Source of the DNA: Promethearchaeota archaeon
Lineage (GTDB): Archaea > Asgardarchaeota > Hermodarchaeia > Hermodarchaeales > Hermodarchaeaceae
DNA: 25,042 nucleotides
Assembly: GCA_048938295.1 (NCBI GenBank)
Contig: JBHLMI010000012.1
Span: forward strand, 1-25,042
Direction: 5' to 3'
This document shows positions 7,511 through 16,030 of this stretch, piece after piece (the first letter of the stretch is position 1; each line of letters starts with the position of its first letter). The notes below the pieces were generated by a model, which had not been told where the DNA came from, did not search any database, and was given only the letters and a program-made list of their open reading frames with translations. A program made the translations under genes and the position numbers.

Positions 7511-8365
7511 GTGATGCTCACCATGATAATTCCACTCTTGATTCTAGCTATAATGCAGGGACTACTCGAATACTTACCCGTGAGCAGTGAGGGACAAATT
7601 TTACTTGTCGGAGTGAACATCTTTCTGTTTGATCCCGCTTTCGTCTTATCTCTTGTATTTTGGTTCCATTTGGGAACCGCTCTCACAGTGATTACCTTCT
7701 ACTATAGGGATATTTTCAGTCCGATTTACACACGACTACGACCCAAAAACAAAGACGCAACAGACGAGGAACCTCAAAGATGGTTTGGTCCACTGTTTGT
7801 GTTTGTCATCGTAGGAACCATCGGAACCATTGTTATTGCATTGCCTTTGTACTTCTTTCTCAAGAGCTGGATAACCTATCTTATGGGCAGTATTATCACT
7901 CTTATAATCGGAATTCTGCTCATCATAACTGGTATCGTGCTATTCTTTCAACGAGGTACAAAAGGAGCCCTCAATTTGACGGATATTTCGCTTCGCGAAG
8001 CGTTTGTATTGGGACTGCTTCAGGGTATCGCTGTGCTCCCAGGGATCAGCCGCTCCGCGATGACCTTGACTTGGCTGCTTATTAGAGGCGTCGAACGAGA
8101 GGAAGCACTGCGACTTAGTTTTTTATTAAGTGTACCTGCAACTTTTGGAGTCGTCGTTTTAGACTTCATAGTTGAAGGCGCTGTACTTATTTTGCCCGTG
8201 ACCATTCTGTTGAGCCTGATATTCCTCGCTTTCCTCACAGGGATCGTTACCTTGGCTCTGCTTCGATATTATGCCATCAGGGCTCCGTGGTGGATCTTTT
8301 GCCTCGGATTGGGCATCATCGTAGTGGTACTTACAATCCCTGGAATTATCTTCGCAATTCCATGA
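7511..8365 (+). CDS. uppP: Undecaprenyl/polyprenyl-diphosphate phosphatase (BacA/UppP family)
   Basis: Both family motifs are present: QGLLEYLPVSSEG and LQGIAVLPGISRSAMT. Multiple TM helices. Confidence 0.9.
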   Translation: MMLTMIIPLLILAIMQGLLEYLPVSSEGQILLVGVNIFLFDPAFVLSLVFWFHLGTALTVITFYYRDIFSPIYTRLRPKNKDATDEEPQRWFGPLFVFVIVGTIGTIVIALPLYFFLKSWITYLMGSIITLIIGILLIITGIVLFFQRGTKGALNLTDISLREAFVLGLLQGIAVLPGISRSAMTLTWLLIRGVEREEALRLSFLLSVPATFGVVVLDFIVEGAVLILPVTILLSLIFLAFLTGIVTLALLRYYAIRAPWWIFCLGLGIIVVVLTIPGIIFAIP

Positions 8366-8424
8366 AGTTAAGGCGATAGGCTTTAATAGAGGTAAACCTG
8401 ACCCACGCTCAGAGGTCCAAAAAC

Positions 8425-9078
8425 GTGACGTTTGAAACATCAAGTAACCGGGCTGAATTCAAAGCTATGGCTATAGCTCAAGATCACGCCGGCATTGTGT
8501 TGCAGGCTGCTAAAGCTTTGCGAGTAATGATTGAAGATTGGATGGAAGGACGAAAAGAGGAGCAACGTAACCACTTCAATAAACTCGGTAAACTGGAAAG
8601 AGAAGCTGATCAGATAAAACGCACACTCTTGGACGAACTATCCATTTCCGAAACAATGCTACGACGCAGCGATTACTTCCGTTTGGTAATGCGCACCGAC
8701 GATATTGCGGATCTCTGTGAAGCTTCAGCATGGGATTTATCAGGCCTAGAAGAGTTTCAACCAGACGAAAAGACCCGTGAGCATTTCAAAGCTATGCTTG
8801 ACGCCCTCTCTGACGCTGTTTATAAGATGCGCCAGGCTATCATGTTCTTAGAACAAAATTCTGATAAAGCCGTTGAGTTTGCTATGCAAGTAGATTTGGC
8901 TGAAAGAGAAGCAGACTCTGCGCATCGCAGCTTCACTCAATTTCTGTACCGATCTCAATTTGAAATCAGCGTTCTTTTAAGATTAAAAGACCTGGGTCAA
9001 CACCTCGAGGAAATCGCCGATGCCGCTGAGGATGCGGCTGATGCAGTCCGCATAATCGCAATCGCTCGTGTCTCATAG
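8425..9078 (+). CDS. DUF47 / PhoU-like phosphate transport regulator family protein
   Basis: Repeated LEREADQIKR and AEREADSAHR motifs, plus DDIADLCE and LEEIADAAEDAAD; all-helical. Confidence 0.85.
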   Translation: MTFETSSNRAEFKAMAIAQDHAGIVLQAAKALRVMIEDWMEGRKEEQRNHFNKLGKLEREADQIKRTLLDELSISETMLRRSDYFRLVMRTDDIADLCEASAWDLSGLEEFQPDEKTREHFKAMLDALSDAVYKMRQAIMFLEQNSDKAVEFAMQVDLAEREADSAHRSFTQFLYRSQFEISVLLRLKDLGQHLEEIADAAEDAADAVRIIAIARVS

Positions 9079-9136
9079 GACCTCTTTTAAACTCTGCATT
9101 CACAGGATAACCAGCGCCAGATTCATGTGAGTTGAG

Positions 9137-9697
9137 ATGCCAACCAGTAAACCGATTCCTGCCCAAATTGTGGAAAACAAAGTCGTCGTTTGGAACCCCG
9201 AAGATGGTTCAAAACTCTACAGCAGCGGCTTCTATGGTAAGCCCCTAGGCATCCGTAAACCAAAGACAACTGAATTTGATCGCCCATCCCAGCTCTCCTT
9301 TTTCGAAGCGCTCCACCTTCTGCGAAAGCGAAAAATCGAGGTGTACACGGAAGATTCTGCTAATCCAATCAAAGAAAAAGACCTCATTGCCGTCGCTGAA
9401 CACCAACACAAAGATTTCAGCCGCAAATACCAAGTTTATGAAGATCTGCGAAAACGAGGATTTATCGTCCGACCTGGCCTTAAATTTGGCGCTGACTTCG
9501 CTGTTTACCGTCATGGCCCAGGAATTGATCACTCGCTGTTCATCGTTGAAGTCATCGCTAAGTCAGACGAAGTCTCCGCCATTGAAGTTGTACGGGCGGG
9601 CAGGCTGGCTACTTCAGTGCGCAAGCGGTTTGTGTTAGCGACCGCTGCTGAATCTGGGAAGGTCCGCTATTTCGTGTTCACTTGGCACAAACCCTAA
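9137..9697 (+). CDS. endA: tRNA-splicing endonuclease, catalytic subunit
   Basis: VYEDLRKRGFIVRPGLKFGADFAVY..GPGIDHS...RLATSVRK; the Tyr/His/Lys catalytic triad is intact; 186 aa. Confidence 0.95.
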   Translation: MPTSKPIPAQIVENKVVVWNPEDGSKLYSSGFYGKPLGIRKPKTTEFDRPSQLSFFEALHLLRKRKIEVYTEDSANPIKEKDLIAVAEHQHKDFSRKYQVYEDLRKRGFIVRPGLKFGADFAVYRHGPGIDHSLFIVEVIAKSDEVSAIEVVRAGRLATSVRKRFVLATAAESGKVRYFVFTWHKP

Positions 9698-9770
9698 CAG
9701 TCGTACAACCATCCGAAATTTAACCACTGGATTTTTATGAGCCATTGCAGAGTTCACTTACACTGACGTG

Positions 9771-10088
9771 ATGCCTATGAGCAAAGAGGAGAACGCCAAC
9801 AAAGCTCTTGAACTACTCGAAGAAGCATGGAAAGTAAAATCAGCCATTGTAATGACCGATGATTACCTATACATGATGTATCAAGTCGGAGAAGGGAAAT
9901 GGAAAGAAGCCAGCTTCATCTTTGACGATGCAAGTTTAGAGGTTCGCGACCTCGATACTGAAAAGGCCTTAATGCTCCTTATTGAAGAAATCACCACCGG
10001 GCTACCCGGATACAAATCATATACGACGGTCCTCGATAACGACGCCCGTGACACTGTCAAAGAAAAAATCCAAGCCGCAGCAAAGTAA
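9771..10088 (+). CDS. Hypothetical protein
   Basis: 105-aa ORF with globular-looking composition, co-oriented after endA. No family recognised. Confidence 0.65.
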   Translation: MPMSKEENANKALELLEEAWKVKSAIVMTDDYLYMMYQVGEGKWKEASFIFDDASLEVRDLDTEKALMLLIEEITTGLPGYKSYTTVLDNDARDTVKEKIQAAAK

Positions 10089-10181
10089 TTGAGGTTCTGA
10101 TTCATCACCAAATAGCACAGCACCTAAGAATAGCAACCGAGTACGAAAAGCTACTCGGTGCTTTTCGAAACTTCATCATGC

Positions 10182-11072
10182 CTATTTGAGACCCTTCAAG
10201 AACTTCTGTATCGGTGCTACAAGCTGAGTAAACTCGATGGGAATTACATACTTGGTACTTGGACTGGCACCCAGTGCTTGGACTGTGTTCAAGTACTGGA
10301 TAATCATGGTCTTTTCATCGATACCTTTCGCGACATCAAAGACCTTCTGCAATGCCAAGGCGTCGCCTTCAGCCCGAAGAATCGCTGATTGTCGTTCACC
10401 CTCTGCACGTAAGATTGCAGATTGTTTATCCCCTTCGGCGATAGCAATTGTGGATTCCCGTTTCCCGGCAGCTTCTGTGACCATGGCACGACGGCGCCTT
10501 TCAGCTTCCATCTGCATGATCATCGCCTCGTTCACCTTTGTTGGGGGGAGAATCTCACGGATTTCAACTTTGGTTACTTTGACACCCCATGGCTCGGTGT
10601 TTTCGTCGAGTTTCTCTCTCAGTACACTGTTGATATATTCACGTCTTGCGAGCACATCATCTAGGGTAATATCTCCCACTACCGCACGCAATGTTGTTTG
10701 GCTGATTCCGAGTGCGGCTCCACTGAAGTCGCGAATACGGAGGACGCTGTCACGGGCGTTGACAACACGATGATAAATGAGGAGGTCGATGTCGACGGGA
10801 GCATTGTCGGTGGTGATGCAACGTTGGTGTTCGATTTCAAAGAATTGTTCACGGAGGTCGACTTTGACCATTTTATCGAGGATGGGGATGAGGAAGAGGA
10901 CGCCAGGACCTTTGACACCAGGAACGGCACGGCCAAGGCGGAAGATAACCGCGCGTTCGTATTCTTTGAGGACGCGGATGAAGGGAATGACAAGGAGTAG
11001 GATGATGATGAAGATGAGGATGACGATGAGCCACCAATACTGCTGGAGAAAGAAGAATAGATCAAATTGCAT
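10182..11072 (-). CDS. SPFH/band-7 (stomatin/QmcA-like) membrane protein
   Basis: N-terminal TM, VLKEYERAVIFRLGR, LRAVVGDITLDDVLARRE, WGVKVTKVEIREI, and an AEGxxQSAILRAEG repeat. ATG 11072 is preferred over TTG 11108. Confidence 0.95.
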   Translation of the reverse strand: MQFDLFFFLQQYWWLIVILIFIIILLLVIPFIRVLKEYERAVIFRLGRAVPGVKGPGVLFLIPILDKMVKVDLREQFFEIEHQRCITTDNAPVDIDLLIYHRVVNARDSVLRIRDFSGAALGISQTTLRAVVGDITLDDVLARREYINSVLREKLDENTEPWGVKVTKVEIREILPPTKVNEAMIMQMEAERRRRAMVTEAAGKRESTIAIAEGDKQSAILRAEGERQSAILRAEGDALALQKVFDVAKGIDEKTMIIQYLNTVQALGASPSTKYVIPIEFTQLVAPIQKFLKGLK

Positions 11073-11208
11073 TGTTCCTATCCCTTCATGTAAAGGTGCA
11101 TAGTTCAAAGGAAAATACTTTACGGAGCTTTCCGGGTTTGCACTTGGAAAACGTAGATTGGCGAAGGATTTTAGGCGTGAAATTACAAGGAATTCGGCAG
11201 GTGAGTCT

Positions 11209-11964
11209 ATGTCTCGTATCTGTCCTAATTGCGGGCAATCGGTGAAGGATTCGGCTAAATTTTGTAAGTTTTGTGGGTCGAAGCTAGGTGCACCGGTAGC
11301 TAGACCAGTATCCCGTCCAGTAACGACGGGTCGTGCAGCTCCTGCGGCAGTGGTTGAGCGTGAACCGGTTACAGAGGTGCCCGCTGAAGTTTTAGCGCAA
11401 CTTGAAGTCCGTTCAGCATTGATGGGAATAGAAGAGGAAGAGACCGAGTTGCTCAGTGAATTAGAATCACTGGAAAAAGAATTGGAACAAGGTGACCGAT
11501 CAATAGCGGAGTTAGAAGAGGAGATTAAGCCACTTCAGAAGAAGATCAAAGAGTTAAAGACGAAGGAAAAGAAACTACAATCAAAAGTCAAAGAGTTTGA
11601 CTTTGAAAAAGAGGGCAAGGAACGGGGTCGATTAAAGGAGCGAATGGAGAAGCTGGAAGGACTGAAGGAAGCCGGGAAGGTCCGTGAAAGCGTGTACATT
11701 CGACTGCAAGATGAATATGAGCAAGGAGTCGCAGAAGCGGATGCCCAATACCAAGAAAAGGTAGTTCTAGCCCGTGAATGGCTTGCTTTACTGAAGGCTC
11801 AATATAAAGCTGTGCGTGATGAACTCTCATTGTTAGATGCGCGCCATTCTGTGGGCGAAGTAAAAGAAGTTGATTATAAATCACGGAAAGAGAATCTGGA
11901 AAACCGCTCAAAGACCCTTGGCCATCAGGTCGAAATCTTTGAAGCAGTGCTTCGTGATTTTTAG
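11209..11964 (+). CDS. Zinc-ribbon plus coiled-coil protein with CdvA-like C-terminal helical domain
   Basis: N-terminal CPNCG...FCKFCG. The C-terminal LEGLKEAGKVRESVY...(60 aa G-to-G)...RHSVGEVKEVDY matches my recollection of the CdvA alpha-helical repeat. Confidence 0.7.
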   Translation: MSRICPNCGQSVKDSAKFCKFCGSKLGAPVARPVSRPVTTGRAAPAAVVEREPVTEVPAEVLAQLEVRSALMGIEEEETELLSELESLEKELEQGDRSIAELEEEIKPLQKKIKELKTKEKKLQSKVKEFDFEKEGKERGRLKERMEKLEGLKEAGKVRESVYIRLQDEYEQGVAEADAQYQEKVVLAREWLALLKAQYKAVRDELSLLDARHSVGEVKEVDYKSRKENLENRSKTLGHQVEIFEAVLRDF

Positions 11965-12010
11965 TTAGCAGCGTTCTTTCGCACAGAAAATCCCACCCGA
12001 ACACAAAACA

Positions 12011-12050
12011 TTTTATACGCTAGTGTAATTCTGAACCTCTCACCGGAGGT
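12011..12050 (+). promoter_or_regulatory. TATA box and Shine-Dalgarno for the small peptide / 4Fe-4S operon
   Basis: TTTTATAC at 12011-12018 and GGAGGT at 12045-12050, 8 nt before ATG 12059. Confidence 0.6.
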
Positions 12051-12058
12051 CATTTAGA

Positions 12059-12214
12059 ATGAACCGACGAGCGATTGCCATCGCCATTCTATGTATCGGA
12101 TTAGCAGCACTCGCATTTGGAATTGCAATAGGCCAACATGAGATTGTACGCTCATGGCTCCAAGTCTTCTCCGACGCCTATGCACCTTTCTTCCCGCGGC
12201 CGATATTACCTTAG
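12059..12214 (+). CDS. Unannotated 51-aa single-TM peptide (positional analogue of CD1871A-type peptides)
   Basis: MNRRAIAIAILCIGLAALAFGIAIGQHEIVRSWLQVFSDAYAPFFPRPILP*. Strong SD, and the stop lies 13 nt before the next start. Too short for the ORF track. Confidence 0.75.
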   Translation: MNRRAIAIAILCIGLAALAFGIAIGQHEIVRSWLQVFSDAYAPFFPRPILP

Positions 12215-12227
12215 GGGGATTGCCACT

Positions 12228-13367
12228 GTGAGCGAAACTGAAGATACATCTAAATCAGAAGAGAAATCAGAACGCATTTGGGACAAGATCGGACGTCCAT
12301 TCCCACGATGGAAACGGCAGATCTTGGAAAGAACACGTCCCCATAAAACGCTTCACTACTGGATGAACAAAGCCTTCGAAGAACTGCTGGCCATCCACAT
12401 CATTCGATTCATCGTCCAACTATCTGCCTTCCTAGTCTTATTCTATGCCGGAATTGTCTTCGTATTAGGCTACGATCCGCTCATCGGGACCGTCTTCGGG
12501 GGAATCGGTTGGCTCATCCCCATCTTTAGATACATCCCGCTCCCCTTTGACATGCCTCAAGGTTCCGCCCAAGGCACTGGAACCGGCTATTTTGATATAA
12601 TCCAGTTCATGGGACAACAGGGGATATTCCCATATATCGCTGTCGGTGTTATCCTCGTCGTTCCCATCCTCGTTGGACGTAGTTTCTGCGGGTGGATTTG
12701 TCCCTTTGGTTTCGTTCAAGACCTTTTTGCTCTTACACCAATTCGCAAGCGCTACCCTTCCAAGAAATGGGACGAGCGCCTGAAAAGCATTAAATACGTC
12801 ATTCTGTTCGTCGTCCTTTTCCTTGTTGCCTGGCTTGGTACTTGGACCTTTCTCAGCGCTATTGGGGCCATTGATCCAGTGCTCGCAGAAAATTTCAGAA
12901 CCGCAGTTACCACACCCTTCGCCACGGCATTTTGGGCAACAATTAACCCCTCAGGAGTCTTCTTCGTGATTCTACCCTACCTATACCTGAACGGGATCGT
13001 ATCACCCATACTCACAGAGTGGAACCCGCCATTCATCGCCTGGGGCTTTCCAATGTACATTCGTCTTGGATTTCTCATCGTTATACTTCTTATGGCCCTC
13101 TTTATGATGCGCCCATATTGCCGATACATCTGCCCCGCAGGTGCCCTAATGGGTCTCGTCGGCCAATTCAGCTTCCTCACTGTCAGCCGCAGCGCCACCG
13201 AATGCCTCGGTCCCGCTTGCGACTCCCCCCGATGTAAACAAGCCTGCCCCGTCGGCATCGACGTCATGACTAAACCTTTCGGACCCATCCACGACCCTGA
13301 ATGTATCCTCTGTCTAGATTGTGTTGCAAAATGTGGACATGATTCGGTGAAGGTGGAATACGGATAG
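12228..13367 (+). CDS. Membrane 4Fe-4S binding protein (NapH/MauN/FixG-like polyferredoxin)
   Basis: GRSFCGWICPFG and RPYCRYICPAG motifs, C-terminal CKQACPVG and CILCLDCVAKC, multiple TMs. GTG 12228 is preferred because ATG 12138 would overlap the 51-aa ORF. Confidence 0.88.
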   Translation: MSETEDTSKSEEKSERIWDKIGRPFPRWKRQILERTRPHKTLHYWMNKAFEELLAIHIIRFIVQLSAFLVLFYAGIVFVLGYDPLIGTVFGGIGWLIPIFRYIPLPFDMPQGSAQGTGTGYFDIIQFMGQQGIFPYIAVGVILVVPILVGRSFCGWICPFGFVQDLFALTPIRKRYPSKKWDERLKSIKYVILFVVLFLVAWLGTWTFLSAIGAIDPVLAENFRTAVTTPFATAFWATINPSGVFFVILPYLYLNGIVSPILTEWNPPFIAWGFPMYIRLGFLIVILLMALFMMRPYCRYICPAGALMGLVGQFSFLTVSRSATECLGPACDSPRCKQACPVGIDVMTKPFGPIHDPECILCLDCVAKCGHDSVKVEYG

Positions 13368-13388
13368 AATTGTGTGGTGACTAATTAG

Positions 13389-13613
13389 ATGGGGAAAGTG
13401 AAGACTGGTACGATCTGTAGTGTGAAAGGGTGCAATGAGAAGGCAACCCGATCAGTGTCGGCTGAGAAGGCACGTGAAGGCTTGCAGGCTGCAGGAGCCG
13501 CGTTTGAAGATGAACGTCCACGTCGGTTGTACTTGTGCCAGAAGCACTATAAACTGTATAAGAAGCAGGCAAAGCAAGATAAGAAAGTGGATAAATGGCG
13601 GTATGGCACCTAG
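13389..13613 (+). CDS. Small basic zinc-binding protein (C-x4-C...C-x2-H)
   Basis: CSVKGC...LCQKH, very K/R-rich, 74 aa. Resembles short conserved TACK/Asgard proteins of unknown function (recollection only). Confidence 0.75.
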   Translation: MGKVKTGTICSVKGCNEKATRSVSAEKAREGLQAAGAAFEDERPRRLYLCQKHYKLYKKQAKQDKKVDKWRYGT

Positions 13614-13624
13614 CGTGTAGAGGG

Positions 13625-14263
13625 CTAGCCTTCGTCGTCGGTTTCAGTGGTTAGTTGGTTGACGACTTTTTTGATTTCTTTCTTCCAGCGGAGCAAGTTC
13701 AGGGCGAGTTCTTCGCGATTTTCTTCGGGAATTGAACCGGTTTTTCCTGCTAGTGGAGTGAGGATGGCACCCATTTCAAGGGTGGCGGGTTGGAAGTCGC
13801 CGCCGATGCGGATGAGGCGTTCACGGGCATCTGCGATTTGGACGTAGACTTTCTGGTAGTCGGGGTCGGAGAGAAGTTGATTGAGGGCTTCATCGATCTT
13901 ACGCTCGACGACGACGGCTTTGGAGGCGTGAGAGAGCTTGACGCCAGGCACACTACTGAAACGCTCCAAGGTTTCGTTAATCCGTTGGGCAATTTCGTTG
14001 AGGTACGTGGGGCGCTTATCGTCGTCTCCACCGGTAATTTCGAGTTGGATGGTTGGTGCTTTTGAATCGACAAGGAGGGTGACTTCAAGGCGGTCTTTGG
14101 TACTTGGTATCCGGAACGAGACAGTTGCGGTGCCGAAAAAGCCTTCTTCGGTATAGGTTTCAGCGATGTTGGTTAAACGGGTTCCAATGGATGAGACGCA
14201 GAAATATGCGGCTCCAAAGGCAAGACTTGGTGATAGTTGTCCGATAGAAATCTCTGTTGACAC
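13625..14263 (-). CDS. Hypothetical two-domain protein (beta-rich N-terminus, helical-bundle C-terminus)
   Basis: 212-aa ORF with GTG start, fitting exactly between flanking genes. Confidence 0.7.
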   Translation of the reverse strand: MSTEISIGQLSPSLAFGAAYFCVSSIGTRLTNIAETYTEEGFFGTATVSFRIPSTKDRLEVTLLVDSKAPTIQLEITGGDDDKRPTYLNEIAQRINETLERFSSVPGVKLSHASKAVVVERKIDEALNQLLSDPDYQKVYVQIADARERLIRIGGDFQPATLEMGAILTPLAGKTGSIPEENREELALNLLRWKKEIKKVVNQLTTETDDEG

Positions 14264-14479
14264 GGCAGTATCCCCTTACAGACTGTCGTTGAAGAGGAAA
14301 AAAGTGTTCTGTTAGTTCGTGAATATTACGTGAATGGAAATTGAAAGGGCATCTTAAAGGATATATGGCAAATTTTAGCTAGAGTGAGAGAAAATTGTAT
14401 GGTAGTTGTTCTCGTTCGACGACACGCGAAGTCTATAAGGGCGTGCTTTCAAAGGCATTACACGAACGGGGTACTAATA

Positions 14480-16009
14480 ATGCCATTAGATCCACCCAAC
14501 GAGGAACCCGAAAAGATTGAAGAGCTGGCAGAAACCGCCTCCGGATCCAAGCCAATTGAGCCCGTAGCAGAAATTGTGGGCAAAACGACCACCCACACCC
14601 TAAGGATTCGGGTGACCAAACAAGGCGAAGTGGGTCGAAATGATTTTTTGGCAATTAACCATCGAGGAGACGAGTATCTGCTTCTGTGCAAGGAATTGTG
14701 GCGTGAAGGGGGAAAAACACTAGGGCAGTGCAGTGTAGTAGGCCCGATGCCCAGGACCCCGTTTAATCCGGAGATGATGGTCTATAAGGCAACTCCAAGA
14801 ACAGTGAGTGCAGCTTTGGGTATTGATATTCCCGTTGATGAGGGTACCTTTGTTGGTCAAATCTCTGGGACAACGGTTCCAGTCCGCTTACCAGTGAAAC
14901 GGCTTGGTCGATTGTTTGTGGTAGGAAAAACAGGGAGTGGAAAAAGCTACACCACGGCCGTCATCATGGAAGAATTTCTCAAAAAAGGCATCCCAATTGT
15001 GGTTTTGGACCGACATGGAGAATATTCCAGTCTCAAAATCGCTGCTGAAACCGGAAGTGAACGGTTTGAAGTGGAGCCCCGGGGTTATGAGATGAGTGTC
15101 ATTGAGTTCGCAGACTTGCATGCAAATCCTGGAGCTGATTTGCCGATTGAAGCGCTTTTAGGGACGCATCCTCAGGATCTGGTAGTTTCAGGACAGGGAA
15201 CCATCATTAACTTACGTGGTCTTGACCTTGGGGTTCAAGAGGCCTTATCACAGGAAATTCTAAATGATCTATATCATGCAGCTGTTAATCGCGAAATTCC
15301 CCCGTTCTATTGTTTCGTTGACGAGGCTCACACTCTAGCCCCAAACCGAGGGAAAGCTGCAACGACTGGGATGATGCGCTTATTCGCTCAGGAAGGTCGA
15401 AAATTCGCTGCGAACCTCGTCGTCATCACTCAAAAGCCCCAGCTCCTTGATACAACGGTTCGAAGTCAAGTCGGGACCTGGATTATTCATCAGCTAACTG
15501 ATATTCGGGATGTAGATATCACAGTGTCTAGCACTGAGGGGCTTTCCAAGGAATGGGCAGAAGACATTCAACGCCTTGATACCGGTCAAGCGGTGGTAGC
15601 CGGTGATGCCGTGGATGTACCAGTTTTTCTTGATGTTCGTAATCGAGAAACCACTCACGGTGCAACTGGTTTCAATCCATTAGACTTTGCTGAAAAACAA
15701 ACCTTGGAAGAATTGGAGAAGCGTCGAATTCGATTACGAACAGATTTTGCAGGACGAATCAAAGCCGCTGTTGAACGTTTCCAACAATTGACTGCCGATA
15801 CCAATGGAGGGCAGATGCCCCAACAGGTTCATACCCTTCGATCAGAGCTACAAGCGGCAGAACAGAAACTCCACGATCTCCGAGACGAAAATACGCAACT
15901 AACAGCCAGAATTCATCAACTCGAAGCAGAGCTGAAAAAGGCAGAGAAAAAATACCAGAAAGCAATGAACATCGCAGAACGAGCATTGGCAGAACTCAAG
16001 GGTCGCTGA
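14480..16009 (+). CDS. HerA-like (DUF87) P-loop ATPase with HAS-barrel-like N-terminus and C-terminal coiled coil
   Basis: Walker A GKTGSGKS, Walker B CFVDEAH, QEGRKF, ITQKP and VRSQ motifs of the HerA/FtsK superfamily. ATG 14480 is preferred over the track start. Confidence 0.9.
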   Translation: MPLDPPNEEPEKIEELAETASGSKPIEPVAEIVGKTTTHTLRIRVTKQGEVGRNDFLAINHRGDEYLLLCKELWREGGKTLGQCSVVGPMPRTPFNPEMMVYKATPRTVSAALGIDIPVDEGTFVGQISGTTVPVRLPVKRLGRLFVVGKTGSGKSYTTAVIMEEFLKKGIPIVVLDRHGEYSSLKIAAETGSERFEVEPRGYEMSVIEFADLHANPGADLPIEALLGTHPQDLVVSGQGTIINLRGLDLGVQEALSQEILNDLYHAAVNREIPPFYCFVDEAHTLAPNRGKAATTGMMRLFAQEGRKFAANLVVITQKPQLLDTTVRSQVGTWIIHQLTDIRDVDITVSSTEGLSKEWAEDIQRLDTGQAVVAGDAVDVPVFLDVRNRETTHGATGFNPLDFAEKQTLEELEKRRIRLRTDFAGRIKAAVERFQQLTADTNGGQMPQQVHTLRSELQAAEQKLHDLRDENTQLTARIHQLEAELKKAEKKYQKAMNIAERALAELKGR

Positions 16010-16030
16010 GCCAGAAAAACGGAACACAAC

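Noticed and set aside
10679-11103. Low-complexity ORFs (poly-Ser; DEEEDA; MMMKMRMTM) overlapping the SPFH gene
   Set aside because: These are alternative-frame or antisense shadows of the SPFH transmembrane codons (ATC/CTC runs).
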